DNA of 64,000 nucleotides from an uncultured Chloroflexota bacterium (GCA_947085195.1 CAMTVM010000005.1:39190-103189), one strand, 5' to 3'; counted from the first letter of the stretch, positions 8,561 to 17,159 are shown. Numbers and translations: made by a program. The notes: generated by a model from the letters alone, not told the origin.

Positions 8561-10311
8561 TCCGCGGAGATCAGGTACCGGTAGTGCGGCTGACCGCCGC
8601 GGACCACCTCGACGTCCACCCCGGGAGCCCCCTCGCGGATCCTGAGCGCGAGGGTCTCCGCGTCGTCGAGCGTCGCATCCTCGCCGTAGTAGATGGTCAC
8701 GAGGCCATACCCGGGCTCAAGCCGGCCGATTCCGGTGAGCACGGCCCGCTTCGTATCGCTGTCGACGGCGAGAAGGCCGTCGTCCGGGTCCAGGACGATC
8801 GTCTGGCCATGCTTGACCTTGCGGCCGGACACGGTGGCATCCCGGACCGCCTCGGTCACCTGCAGGGTCTGGATCGCCCGGCCCGCGCTGGTCATGGCCG
8901 CGGCATTCGTGGCGGCATCCTGCGCCGGGTCCAGCTCGAACAGCGCGGCGACGCCCTCGGCGCAATTGCGCGTCGGCACGACGTGGACCGGGCGGTCCGT
9001 CATGCCGGCGACCTGACGAGCCGCGAGCACGACGTTGGGGTTGTTGGGCAGGATCAGGAGCGCATCGGCCTGGGTGGCCTGCACGGCCTCGAGGAGCTCC
9101 CCGGTCGACGGGTTGGCGCCTTGCCCGCCCCTCACCACGCGGAACGCGCCGTATTCGCGGAACGGCGCTGCGGTGTCCGCGAGGACCGCAGCGAGACCGT
9201 CAGAAGGCGCCACGGCGACGATGCCCAGCGGGCGCCACGCCACGGGTGCCGGTGGCTCGGAGCCGGTCCCTCCCCCCGGGCCCGCGAGCGCCGCGGCGGA
9301 CGGAGCGGTCCCGGCTGCGGGCGATCCGTCCTGGGTGCCGATGAACGCAGCGGCCCTAGCCTCCCGCACGTCGTGTGCCTGGCCGTCGAGGTTCTCGATC
9401 GTGATCCGCGACAGCAGGCCGACACCGAGCCCGTACGTGATCACCGCGTCGGGTCGATCGTTGTGGACGTGGACCTTGACCAGGTGTGCGTCCCCGGCAA
9501 CCAGGACGGACTCCCCGATCGCCTCGAGCTCCGCCTGGATCGCCGGGACGTCCAGCGACTGGCCGGGTCGCGCGCGCATGAGGTAGACCGTCTCGTAACC
9601 GAACGCCGTCTCATCCACCACGGCGACGCCGACGTGGTCCGACCGCACGTGCGCAGGCCTGCCGGGGAGCTCCGCGCCCTCGGCCAACGGCCGGCCGCGC
9701 GCCGCCTCCAGTGCGCCCTGGAACAGCCGGAACAGGCCCTGCCCGCCCGCGTCCACGACATGGGCCTCGCGCAGGATCGGCAGCAGGGACGGGGTCCTTG
9801 CCACCGACCGCTCGGCGGCTTCAACCGTCGCCGCGAGGACGCTCTCGACGTTGTTGTCGCGCTCCGCGGCCGCGATCGCTGCCGCGCTGGCCTCCCGGAT
9901 GACCGTGAGGATCGTCCCCTCGACCGGCTTTGCGACCGCCTTGTACGCCTGCTTCGTGCCCGCATCCAGCGCGTGGGCGAGGTCCAGGCCGTTGAACCGG
10001 CGCTTGCCCGCCAGGCCGTGCGCCATGCCCTGCAGGATCTGGCTGGTGATGACGCCCGAGTTGCCGCGCGCGCCCATCAAGGCGCCGAAGCCCGCGGCCT
10101 GGGAAACGCGCTCCGCATCGGCGCCGGTGCCGGCCTTGTCGGCCTCGTCCAGGGCGGCCCGGACGGTCGCGAACATGTTCGACCCGGTGTCCCCGTCGGG
10201 AACCGGGAAGACGTTCATCGCGTTGATCTCCTCGATGTTCGCCTCAAGCGCCGCGACGGCGCTCCGGAAGGCGGCGAGGAAGCCGGCGCCGTCGCAGGAT
10301 CGCCGGACCAT
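8557..10311 (-). CDS. yloV: DAK2 domain fusion protein YloV
   Basis: NVFPVPDGDTGSNM and GARGNSGVI DAK2 motifs plus a DegV-like C-terminal region. Start set at MVRRSCDG (ATG 10311), preceded by AGGAG. The upstream part of track ORF 8557..10641 runs into the IS. Confidence 0.9.
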   Translation of the reverse strand: MVRRSCDGAGFLAAFRSAVAALEANIEEINAMNVFPVPDGDTGSNMFATVRAALDEADKAGTGADAERVSQAAGFGALMGARGNSGVITSQILQGMAHGLAGKRRFNGLDLAHALDAGTKQAYKAVAKPVEGTILTVIREASAAAIAAAERDNNVESVLAATVEAAERSVARTPSLLPILREAHVVDAGGQGLFRLFQGALEAARGRPLAEGAELPGRPAHVRSDHVGVAVVDETAFGYETVYLMRARPGQSLDVPAIQAELEAIGESVLVAGDAHLVKVHVHNDRPDAVITYGLGVGLLSRITIENLDGQAHDVREARAAAFIGTQDGSPAAGTAPSAAALAGPGGGTGSEPPAPVAWRPLGIVAVAPSDGLAAVLADTAAPFREYGAFRVVRGGQGANPSTGELLEAVQATQADALLILPNNPNVVLAARQVAGMTDRPVHVVPTRNCAEGVAALFELDPAQDAATNAAAMTSAGRAIQTLQVTEAVRDATVSGRKVKHGQTIVLDPDDGLLAVDSDTKRAVLTGIGRLEPGYGLVTIYYGEDATLDDAETLALRIREGAPGVDVEVVRGGQPHYRYLISAE

Positions 10312-10405
10312 CGCCCTAACTCCTGACACCACGGAGTCCCTCGACAATCCGGGGAGCTTGACCAACCCGGCTGAGCAGGGACTCGCGGTGAAGATTGCAC
10401 GTGGC

Positions 10406-11554
10406 ATGCGGCGAAGGAGCGCGAAGATGGCGCGCCGCTCGGAGATCGTGACCGGTGGGACGCTGGTGGCCGGGATCGACATCGCCAAGAAGGAATGCGT
10501 CGTCGTGTTCGTGCGGGCGGCCGACAGGACCCGGGTCGGAAGGCTGCGGGTGCCGACCACGGCCGCGGGCGTGCTGGCGATCGCGGGCCGAAGCCGCCAG
10601 CTCGCCGAGCAGCATGGGGCTGAGCACCTGGTGCTGGACATGGAGACGACCGGCCACTTCTGGAAGATCCTGGCCCGGACGGCGGAGCGGGCCGGGCTGC
10701 CCTACGTGACGGTCCAGTCGTTCGTGGTCGCCCGGGCCCGGGAGCTCGACGACCTCACCCGCGACAAGACCGACCAGCGCGACGCCGGCCTGATCGCCGA
10801 CCTCGCGGTCGAGCTGCGCTTCAACGAGGTCCAGCTCGAGACGGGAGCCTGGGCCGAGCTGCGCTCGCTCGCGAACGCCCGGGACCGCTACCGGGTCGAT
10901 GCGCGGGCGGCGCTCCAGGAGCAGCGCGCCCGGCTCGCGCTGACCTGACCCGACCTCCTGGCACAGGCACCCGACCTCGACGGCTCGCACCTGCAGGCGA
11001 TGCTGCGCCTGGGGCTCTCCCCGGTCGAGATCGCGGGCCTGTCCCGGGCGCGCTTCACGGCGCGGCTGCGCCGGGAGCACGTGGGCAGCCTGCTGCCCTG
11101 GATGGCCGGACGCCTGTGGGCCGCCGCGCGGTGTGCCGTGTCCGAGGACCAGGCTCCCTCGGCGACCCTGCGGCTGCAGCTCGCTGGCCAGCGCAACCGC
11201 GCCGGCGCCATCGCCGTCGCGAGGCTCGACGCCGAGCTCGCGGCGGCCTTCGAGGCGACCGGGCTCGCCTGGCTGCGGGGCCAGATCCGGGGCCTCGGCG
11301 ACAGCCAGCTCCACAACCTGCTCGCGCTCACCGGTGACCCCCGCCGGCTCGACGACGCCCGGTGCATGGTCAAGCTCGCGGGCAGCAACCCGACCGACTT
11401 CGAGGCGCGGTTTCTCGAGCTGACCACCCGCCCGCACCGGCCGCTCCACAAGAAGCAGGCCTATCTCGCGGTCGCCGACAAGCTGCTGCGCACGCTCTGG
11501 GCACCGGCCGTCAGCGGCCAGCCCTACCAGCGGGCGATGCCGCGGGCGGCCTGA
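10406..11554 (+). pseudogene. IS110-family (DEDD) transposase, disrupted: in-frame TGA at 10946-10948 and an apparent internal deletion
   Basis: N-terminal domain LVAGIDIAKKE...LDMETTGHFW...KTDQRDAGLIADL (DEDD). The C-terminal Transposase_20-like part is IRGLGDSQLHNLLALTGDPRRL...KLAGSNPTDFE / ARFLELTTRPH..LHKKQAYLAVADKLLRTLW. Track ORFs 9851..10948 and 11000..11554 share one frame and are separated by a single TGA. Confidence 0.8.
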
Positions 11555-11734
11555 ATGCGACTCACCCGGGACGGGACGACCCCGATGGCCATGGGGCACA
11601 ACCCGCGACTGATCCTGGGGCGTCCCGCCCCTCCCCGAGAGGTCGAAGGTGGGCTGGAGGGCAGAACCCGCGACCTGGCTATGTGGAGCCGGGAGGGTGA
11701 CGGGACACCGTCCGATGGTGAGCGTGAACCAGTT
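11555..11734 (+). ncRNA. Candidate IS110/IS1111-type bridge (guide) RNA region in the right-end non-coding flank
   Basis: A non-coding 180 nt lies downstream of the transposase stop. It holds paired repeats (GGGCA[C/G]AACCCGCGAC at 11594 and 11659; GACGGGAC..CCGATGG at 11570 and 11699) and a hairpin (GACGG-GACA-CCGTC at 11699-11712). This is an inference only. Confidence 0.3.
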
Positions 11735-11762
11735 GGAGCTTGACAAGGAGCTCATGGGATGA

Positions 11763-12185
11763 TCAGGCGACGTCCGTACCGCTGTCGGCCAGGTCGCCCG
11801 GACGGGGTTCACCTGGATGCGCGGGCGCCTGGGCGGGCGCGATCCCGTGTTCGTGGCGGAGCTTCCCGATGCGGATCGTGACGCGTTCCGGCTCCCGGCC
11901 CAGCGCATGGCGCAGGGAGTAGCGAACCGAGGCCTCCACCTGGCGCGCGACCTCCGCAATCGGCAGGCCGTACGCGACGGCGAGATGCAGGTGAACCGTG
12001 AGCGCGGGCTCGACCTCGAGGTGGAGGCCGGGCTGGGCAAGCCCCAGCCGCTCCAGCAGCCGCCCGACAGGCCCGCCGCCGGCGAAGCCGGACACGCCGT
12101 AGACGGAGAGCACGGCCGTGCGCACCAGCTCTCTGCTGGCTCGCTTCGTGACGAGCGAGCGGCCGGGCATCGGATCGGCTGACAC
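11763..12185 (-). CDS. yloU: Asp23/Gls24 family protein (YloU-like)
   Basis: 140 aa with RTAVLSVYGVSGF...LHLEVEPALTVHLHLAVAYGLPIAEVARQV. This is the normal upstream partner of yloV, divergent from rpmB. Confidence 0.85.
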   Translation of the reverse strand: MSADPMPGRSLVTKRASRELVRTAVLSVYGVSGFAGGGPVGRLLERLGLAQPGLHLEVEPALTVHLHLAVAYGLPIAEVARQVEASVRYSLRHALGREPERVTIRIGKLRHEHGIAPAQAPAHPGEPRPGDLADSGTDVA

Positions 12186-12346
12186 GCGGGCGACGTCCTC
12201 CTCGCGGGTGCGGCATCCGCTCTGCGTGGGCCGCGATGTTGGCTCCCGGGGTGGGCTGGAAGCGTGTGCTACGATACCATCCCGTTCGCGTCGGACGCTT
12301 CCGACGTGTGCTCGTGTCCTGCATATTCCGAGGATCGAACCAGATC

Positions 12347-12547
12347 ATGGCTCGCGTTTGCGTCATCTGCGGAAAGGCATCGATGGGCGGCTTCAACCCG
12401 CAGTCATCGGGCATGAACCGCGTCCGTGCCCATCGCCGCTACCAGCCGAACCTCCAGGTCACGACGCTCCCGGCGAAGAACGGCGGCACCGAGAAGGTGC
12501 TCGCCTGCACTCGCTGCCGACGCACGATGACCAAGAGCGCCCGCTAG
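12347..12547 (+). CDS. rpmB: 50S ribosomal protein L28
   Basis: MARVCVICGKASMGGFNPQSSGMNRVRAHRRYQPNLQ..., 66 aa. ATG at 12347, inside track ORF 12236..12547. Confidence 0.93.
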   Translation: MARVCVICGKASMGGFNPQSSGMNRVRAHRRYQPNLQVTTLPAKNGGTEKVLACTRCRRTMTKSAR

Positions 12548-12569
12548 CACCAGAGCGCCCGCTAGCACC
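12534..12569 (+). repeat. Perfect 18-bp tandem duplication (AGAGCGCCCGCTAGCACC x2) spanning the rpmB stop codon
   Basis: Read directly: copy 1 at 12534-12551 and copy 2 at 12552-12569. It duplicates the last codons plus TAG. Confidence 0.95.
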
Positions 12570-12657
12570 AGCCCCGGGATCGCAGCCGAAGCCGGTCGCA
12601 CCTGCTGCGGCCGGTTCTTCGTGTCCGGGGCCCGATGGGGCTCCGTTCGCGACGGCC

Positions 12658-13104
12658 CTACCGGACCGCAGTGTCCAGCCAGATCGTGAACGGCCCGTCG
12701 TTGACGAGCCCTACCGCCATCTCGGCCCCGAACTCGCCGAGGGCCACGCTCACGCCCTGCGCCTCGATCCCGGCCGCCACGCGCCGCCACAGGGCCTCTG
12801 CGAGGTCCGGCGCGGCCGCCTCCGTGAACCCGGGCCGCCGGCCCCGGCGCGTGTCCGCGTAGAGCGTGAACTGGCTCACGACCAGCGCCTCGCCTCCGGT
12901 GTCGAGCAGCGATCGGTTCGTGCGCCCCTCCTCGTCCCGGAAGATGCGCAGCTCGCAGATCCGCCGCGCAAGGGCATCGGCCGTCGCCTCGTCGTCGTCG
13001 TGACCCACGCCCAGGAGGACCAGCAGACCGGTCCCGATCGAGCCCGCGACCGCACCGTCCACCCGGACCTCGGCGCGGCTGACCCGCTGCAGCAACGCCC
13101 GCAC
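12658..13104 (-). CDS. dtd: D-aminoacyl-tRNA deacylase
   Basis: [17 protein letters not shown]...[18 protein letters not shown], 148 aa. Confidence 0.93.
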   Translation of the reverse strand: MRALLQRVSRAEVRVDGAVAGSIGTGLLVLLGVGHDDDEATADALARRICELRIFRDEEGRTNRSLLDTGGEALVVSQFTLYADTRRGRRPGFTEAAAPDLAEALWRRVAAGIEAQGVSVALGEFGAEMAVGLVNDGPFTIWLDTAVR

Positions 13105-13115
13105 GCGACGGTCCT

Positions 13116-13829
13116 TCAGGCCCCGGCCGTCGCGGCGCGCGCGGCCCCGGCGATCGTCCTGATCCGCTCGACCTCCGCCGCCATGTCCGCGGCCCGGTAG
13201 AGCGCCGACCCGGCGACGATCACGTCCGTCCCTCCACGCCCGATCGCCTCGGCCGACTCCGGGCGCCCGCCGCCGTCGACCTGGACCTCGGATGCGCCCG
13301 ACGGGTCCAGCCAGGCCCGCGCCGCCGCGAGCTTCGCAGCCGCGACGTCATGCATGAACGGCTGCCCTCCCAGCCCGGGCTCCACGGTCATCACCAGGAT
13401 GATGTCCAGCAGGTCGCGGTAGCCGTCGAGTGCGACCAGCGGCGTGCCCGGCTTGACCGACAGCCCCGCGGACCGGCCCGCCTCCCGGATCCGGGCCAGC
13501 GCCGGGTAGACCTGCGGCGGCGCCACCTCCACGTGGAACGTGATGGAGTCGCAGCCGGCGTCCAGGAACTGTTCAGTCCAGCGGCCCGGCTCCGAGATCA
13601 TCAGGTGGGCGTCGAACGGCAGCGAGGTCACCCGCCGGAGCGCCTCGATCGTCTTCCAGCCGAACGTGATGTTGGGCACGAAGTGGCCGTCCATGACGTC
13701 CAGGTGGATCCGGTCCGCGCCGGCGGCCTCCGCGCGACGGATCTCGTCAGCCAGGGCGCCGAGGTCGGCGTCCAGGACGCTGGCGGCCACGAGCACGCCG
13801 GAGGGTCGGCGGCTGGTCATGGGCGTCAC
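13116..13829 (-). CDS. rpe: Ribulose-phosphate 3-epimerase
   Basis: [17 protein letters not shown]...DAHLM...[11 protein letters not shown] motifs. Start is GTG 13829 (GTGA overlap with the rlmN stop) or ATG 13820. Confidence 0.93.
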   Translation of the reverse strand: MTPMTSRRPSGVLVAASVLDADLGALADEIRRAEAAGADRIHLDVMDGHFVPNITFGWKTIEALRRVTSLPFDAHLMISEPGRWTEQFLDAGCDSITFHVEVAPPQVYPALARIREAGRSAGLSVKPGTPLVALDGYRDLLDIILVMTVEPGLGGQPFMHDVAAAKLAAARAWLDPSGASEVQVDGGGRPESAEAIGRGGTDVIVAGSALYRAADMAAEVERIRTIAGAARAATAGA

Positions 13830-15088
13830 CCCTCCCCCACCCCGGCCGGCGCCGGCTCGTGGCTCCGCTCGCCCCGGAGGGCGGCCGCGCTCTCGGACAC
13901 GAGGCGCTCACGGCGGCGCTGCACGACGATCGGCGCCGTCTGCCCAGCGTGCTCGGCCGCGAGCTGGCCGCACGCCGCCCCGATCTCCATGCCGCGGTTG
14001 AACCGGATGGTGGTGGCGATGCCGGCCGCAGCCAGGCGCGAGGCGAAGCGCTCGACCTCCGGCAGTGGCGTACCGGTCCACGGCGTGTGGGCGACCTGGT
14101 TCATGGGGATCAGGTTGACATGCGCGTGCTCGTCGTGGAGGAGCGCCGCGAGGGCATCGGCATCGACATCGGTGTCGTTGATGCCGTCGATCATCACGAT
14201 CTCGTACGTCACCCGACGGCCGGTGGTCGTCGCGTGCTCCCGGGCGGCCGCCACCACCTCCTCCACCGGCCAGCGCCGGTTGAGTGGCACCAAGACGTCG
14301 CGCAGGGCGTTGCGGGCGGCGTGGAGGCTCACGGCGAGCGTGAACTGTGGCCCGAGCGCGGTCAGGCGCCGGATCCCCGGCACCACGCCGGACGTGGAGA
14401 CCGTGATGTGGCGCGCGCCGAGCCCGAAGCGCCTGGGATCGTTCAGCGCGGCGATCGACTCGAGCACGCGGTCCAGGTTGAGCAGCGGCTCGCCCATGCC
14501 CATGTACACGACGTTGGTCAGGTGCCTGCCGTCCGCGGCGAGGCGTCGGGCGGCGTGACGGACCTGATCCACGATCTCCGCCGTCTCGAGGTCCCGCTCC
14601 ATGCCCAACTCGCCGGTGGCGCAGAACGGGCAGCCCACCGCACACCCCGCCTGTGACGAGATGCACAGCGTGTGCCGCTCGCGGCTTCGCTCTCGGGCCG
14701 GGTAGTGCATGAGCACCGATTCGACGAGAAGCCCGTCGGAGAGGCGGTGGAGGGCCTTCTCTGTCAGGCCTCGGTCCGTGACGCGGACTTCGGTCCCGGT
14801 CATGGTGTCGAAGCGGAAGGCGGCGTCGAGGTCCGGACGGAGGGCCGTCGGGAGGGTCAGGATCTCATCGAAGGTCGTCTGGCGGCCGCGCCACGCGGCG
14901 TCCTGGACCTGCCGGGCTCGATACGAGGGCTGGCCGTGCGCGGTGAACCAGGCCGCGAGCTCCTCCGGAAGCAGGCCGGTCACACCCGGGCGCTCGTCCC
15001 GGAGACGCGTGGCGGACGGTGCGGGGCGCAGGCCGTAGCCGGCGAGGCCGGTGGGGCGGGGTTCGGTCATCACCGCCGATGATGCCAC
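13826..15088 (-). CDS. rlmN: 23S rRNA/tRNA (adenine-C2)-methyltransferase RlmN (radical SAM)
   Basis: SSQAGCAVGCPFCATG radical-SAM cluster motif and GMGEPLLN. Start is GTG 15088 or ATG 15070. Confidence 0.93.
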   Translation of the reverse strand: MASSAVMTEPRPTGLAGYGLRPAPSATRLRDERPGVTGLLPEELAAWFTAHGQPSYRARQVQDAAWRGRQTTFDEILTLPTALRPDLDAAFRFDTMTGTEVRVTDRGLTEKALHRLSDGLLVESVLMHYPARERSRERHTLCISSQAGCAVGCPFCATGELGMERDLETAEIVDQVRHAARRLAADGRHLTNVVYMGMGEPLLNLDRVLESIAALNDPRRFGLGARHITVSTSGVVPGIRRLTALGPQFTLAVSLHAARNALRDVLVPLNRRWPVEEVVAAAREHATTTGRRVTYEIVMIDGINDTDVDADALAALLHDEHAHVNLIPMNQVAHTPWTGTPLPEVERFASRLAAAGIATTIRFNRGMEIGAACGQLAAEHAGQTAPIVVQRRRERLVSESAAALRGERSHEPAPAGVGEG

Positions 15089-15097
15089 GACCGGTGC

Positions 15098-16042
15098 TCA
15101 GGCCGGCCCGTGCCGCCCACGGAGGTAGTCCGCGCCGGACATCGGGCGCCTGCCGGCAGGCGTGAGCGACACGAGGACCAGGCGTCCGTCAACCGTGGCC
15201 AGGGCCGGGCGGTCTCCGGCGCGGACGAGACGCCCGGGCACGTCGCCGGCCTCCCCCGGGGCGATCGACGCGGCGGTGACCACGAGCCGCTCACCGTCCA
15301 CGTCCAGGAACGTTCCGGGCCACGGCAGGCAGGCGCGGACCCGTCGCTCCAGTGCGGCGGACGGCAGCGACGGATCCAGGCGCCCGTCCTCACGGCGGAG
15401 CGACCGGGTGAGCGTCACGCCGTCGTTCGGTTGCGGCCTCGCCTCGAGCGTCCCGGCAAGCCACGCGTCCAGCGATCGCTCCAGCAGGTCCGCGGCGAGC
15501 GTGGCCAGGCGAGCCTCCAGATCGGGTGCCGTCTCGTGGCCGGCGAGCGCCACGGCCTGCTGGGCCACGATCGGTCCCGTGTCCAGTCCGGCGTCCATGC
15601 GCATCAGGGTCACGGCGGTGACGGCGTCCCCGGCCAGGATCGTGGCGGGGATCGGCGAAGCCCCGCGCCAGCGCGGCAGGGCCGAGGGGTGGAGGTTGAG
15701 GGCTCCGTGTGGCAGTTCGAGGAGCCCGGGCGGGACGATCTGCCCGTAGTCCGCGAGCACCGCGAGACCCGGGCGAAGCGCAAGGACGGCCGCGATCGCC
15801 TCGGGGTCTCGCAGGCGTTCGGGCGTCAGGACCGGGGCGAGGCCGAGTTCCCGCGCCAGATCGGCGATGGGCGTGGGCGTGAGCACCTGGCGACGGCCGA
15901 CTGGCCGTTCCGGCGCGGTGACGACGCCCACGAGGCCGATCGACGGGTGGCCGGCGAGCCGGCGCAGCGATGGAGCGCCGAAGGAGCCGCTGCCGAGGAA
16001 GACCGTCCGGACCCGTCCGCCGTCCGCCGGTCCGGCGCTCAC
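15098..16042 (-). CDS. fmt: Methionyl-tRNA formyltransferase
   Basis: VFLGSGSFGAPSL...NLHPSALPRWRGASPI motifs. GTGA overlap with the def stop. Confidence 0.93.
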   Translation of the reverse strand: MSAGPADGGRVRTVFLGSGSFGAPSLRRLAGHPSIGLVGVVTAPERPVGRRQVLTPTPIADLARELGLAPVLTPERLRDPEAIAAVLALRPGLAVLADYGQIVPPGLLELPHGALNLHPSALPRWRGASPIPATILAGDAVTAVTLMRMDAGLDTGPIVAQQAVALAGHETAPDLEARLATLAADLLERSLDAWLAGTLEARPQPNDGVTLTRSLRREDGRLDPSLPSAALERRVRACLPWPGTFLDVDGERLVVTAASIAPGEAGDVPGRLVRAGDRPALATVDGRLVLVSLTPAGRRPMSGADYLRGRHGPA

Positions 16043-16566
16043 GCGAGCGCCCGCTGCGCCCCGCGGACCCCGGCGTCGTCGTCCTCGTCATCATCGCCAC
16101 CCTGGCTGACGGGGATCAGCTCCTCCATCGTGTCCAGGTAGTCGATGTACAGCTTGCCGTCGAGGTGGTCCAGCTCGTGCTGGAGCGCTCGGCCGAGGAG
16201 CCCTGATCCTGCGATCTTGAACTTCTTGCCGACCCGGCTCTGGGCGACGACCCAGACCTTCTCCCTGCGCGTGACGTAGGCCACGTAGCCAGGGATCGAC
16301 AGGCAACCCTCGAGGTCGCGGTCCTCTCCGTCGGCCCGGACGATCTTCGGGTTGACCAGCTCGTAGAGCCTGGCCTCCACCTCGATGACGCAGGCGCGCT
16401 TCGCCTCGCCCAGCTGCGGGGCGGCAAGACCGACGCCGGGCGCCGCGCGCATCGTGGCGGTCAGGTCGTCGAGGAGTTCGTGGAGGGACTTGCCGAAGCT
16501 GTCCACGGTCTCGCCCTTCAGGCGCAGCCGCGGGTCGCCGAGCATGACGATGGGTCGAACGGTCAT
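16039..16566 (-). CDS. def: Peptide deformylase
   Basis: GVGLAAPQLG, EGCLSIPG and HELDHLDG motifs. Start set at MTVRPIV (ATG 16566), inside track ORF 16039..16944. Confidence 0.93.
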   Translation of the reverse strand: MTVRPIVMLGDPRLRLKGETVDSFGKSLHELLDDLTATMRAAPGVGLAAPQLGEAKRACVIEVEARLYELVNPKIVRADGEDRDLEGCLSIPGYVAYVTRREKVWVVAQSRVGKKFKIAGSGLLGRALQHELDHLDGKLYIDYLDTMEELIPVSQGGDDDEDDDAGVRGAQRALA

Positions 16567-16572
16567 GGGCGG

Positions 16573-16578
16573 AGTATA
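16573..16578 (-). promoter_or_regulatory. -10-like hexamer TATACT, 6 nt upstream of the def ATG (possible leaderless transcript)
   Basis: The minus strand reads ...GGTTGTTTCGTATACTCCGCCCATG. No SD fits between the hexamer and the ATG. Confidence 0.4.
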
Positions 16579-16582
16579 CGAA

Positions 16583-16617
16583 ACAACCGCCCGATCCCCG
16601 GCGGGGCGGGCGGTTGT
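16583..16617 (-). terminator. Strong GC hairpin (10-bp perfect stem ACAACCGCCC/GGGCGGTTGT), followed on the minus strand by TTTCGT
   Basis: Read directly. Sits between the stop of the 16638..17060 gene and def. Confidence 0.55.
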
Positions 16618-16637
16618 CCGCAAGGACCACCGACGGG

Positions 16638-17060
16638 TCAGCTGCGGGAACCTTCGGCAGGTTCCTCGCCGAGCGCGGGCTCGGAGATCGTGTCGTCGTC
16701 CGCGGCCGGCGCCTCGGCTGTCGCCGGGCGGTCCTGGGCCCGCAGCTCGGCCGCCACCGACTGGGCACGTTCCGCGAACCGCTGGCCGACGTCCGTGGTG
16801 ACCTCGGCGGCCTTGTGCGCGATCGGCCCGGCCTTGACGGCGGCGGCGGCGGCGAGCTCCGCGGCCTTGGCGCCCACCTGACGGGCAACCGGCGCAGCCT
16901 GCGTCGCGATGTCCTGGATCATGGCCTCGAGCTGGGCGAGCCATTCGCGCGCCCTGGTGCCCGCGTTGTGCTCGGCACCCTCGGGCGGGGCGTCCGGGAT
17001 CGGTTCGTCCGCCATCGGCTCAGCGGCGGGCGGGGTGGTGTCCTGCGGCTGCTCGGTCAT
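16638..17060 (-). CDS. Hypothetical Ala-rich helical protein
   Basis: 140 aa with high GC3 and GGAGG 6 nt upstream of the ATG. No family recognised. Confidence 0.6.
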   Translation of the reverse strand: MTEQPQDTTPPAAEPMADEPIPDAPPEGAEHNAGTRAREWLAQLEAMIQDIATQAAPVARQVGAKAAELAAAAAVKAGPIAHKAAEVTTDVGQRFAERAQSVAAELRAQDRPATAEAPAADDDTISEPALGEEPAEGSRS

Positions 17061-17159
17061 CGTCTGCCTCCGTTCGTTCGACGGTTCACGTGTCCCACCT
17101 ATTGTGCCGATCGCCCTGATTCGCGCACCTGCCGTGGGTCCCGTCCTGGGGCTACATTC

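Larger units (their letters stand above)
10363..11744 (+). mobile_element. Decayed IS110-family insertion sequence (boundaries approximate)
   Basis: About 1.38 kb sits between genes that are normally adjacent (yloU-yloV). It carries a DEDD-type IS110 transposase reading frame and is bracketed by the direct 10-mer GGAGCTTGAC (10353-10362 and 11735-11744). Confidence 0.6.

Noticed and set aside
10946-10948. Whether the in-frame TGA in the transposase is a selenocysteine or programmed read-through codon
   Set aside because: No SECIS-like hairpin follows it. The position corresponds to a conserved Trp (a one-base change from TGG). The same gene also lacks its catalytic-serine segment, so a nonsense mutation in a decaying copy is far more likely.
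10316-12040. A 574-aa minus-strand ORF spanning the IS element and part of the asp23 gene
   Set aside because: It is antisense to the IS110 transposase frame, which has clear DEDD motifs, and out of frame with asp23. No motif is recognisable.
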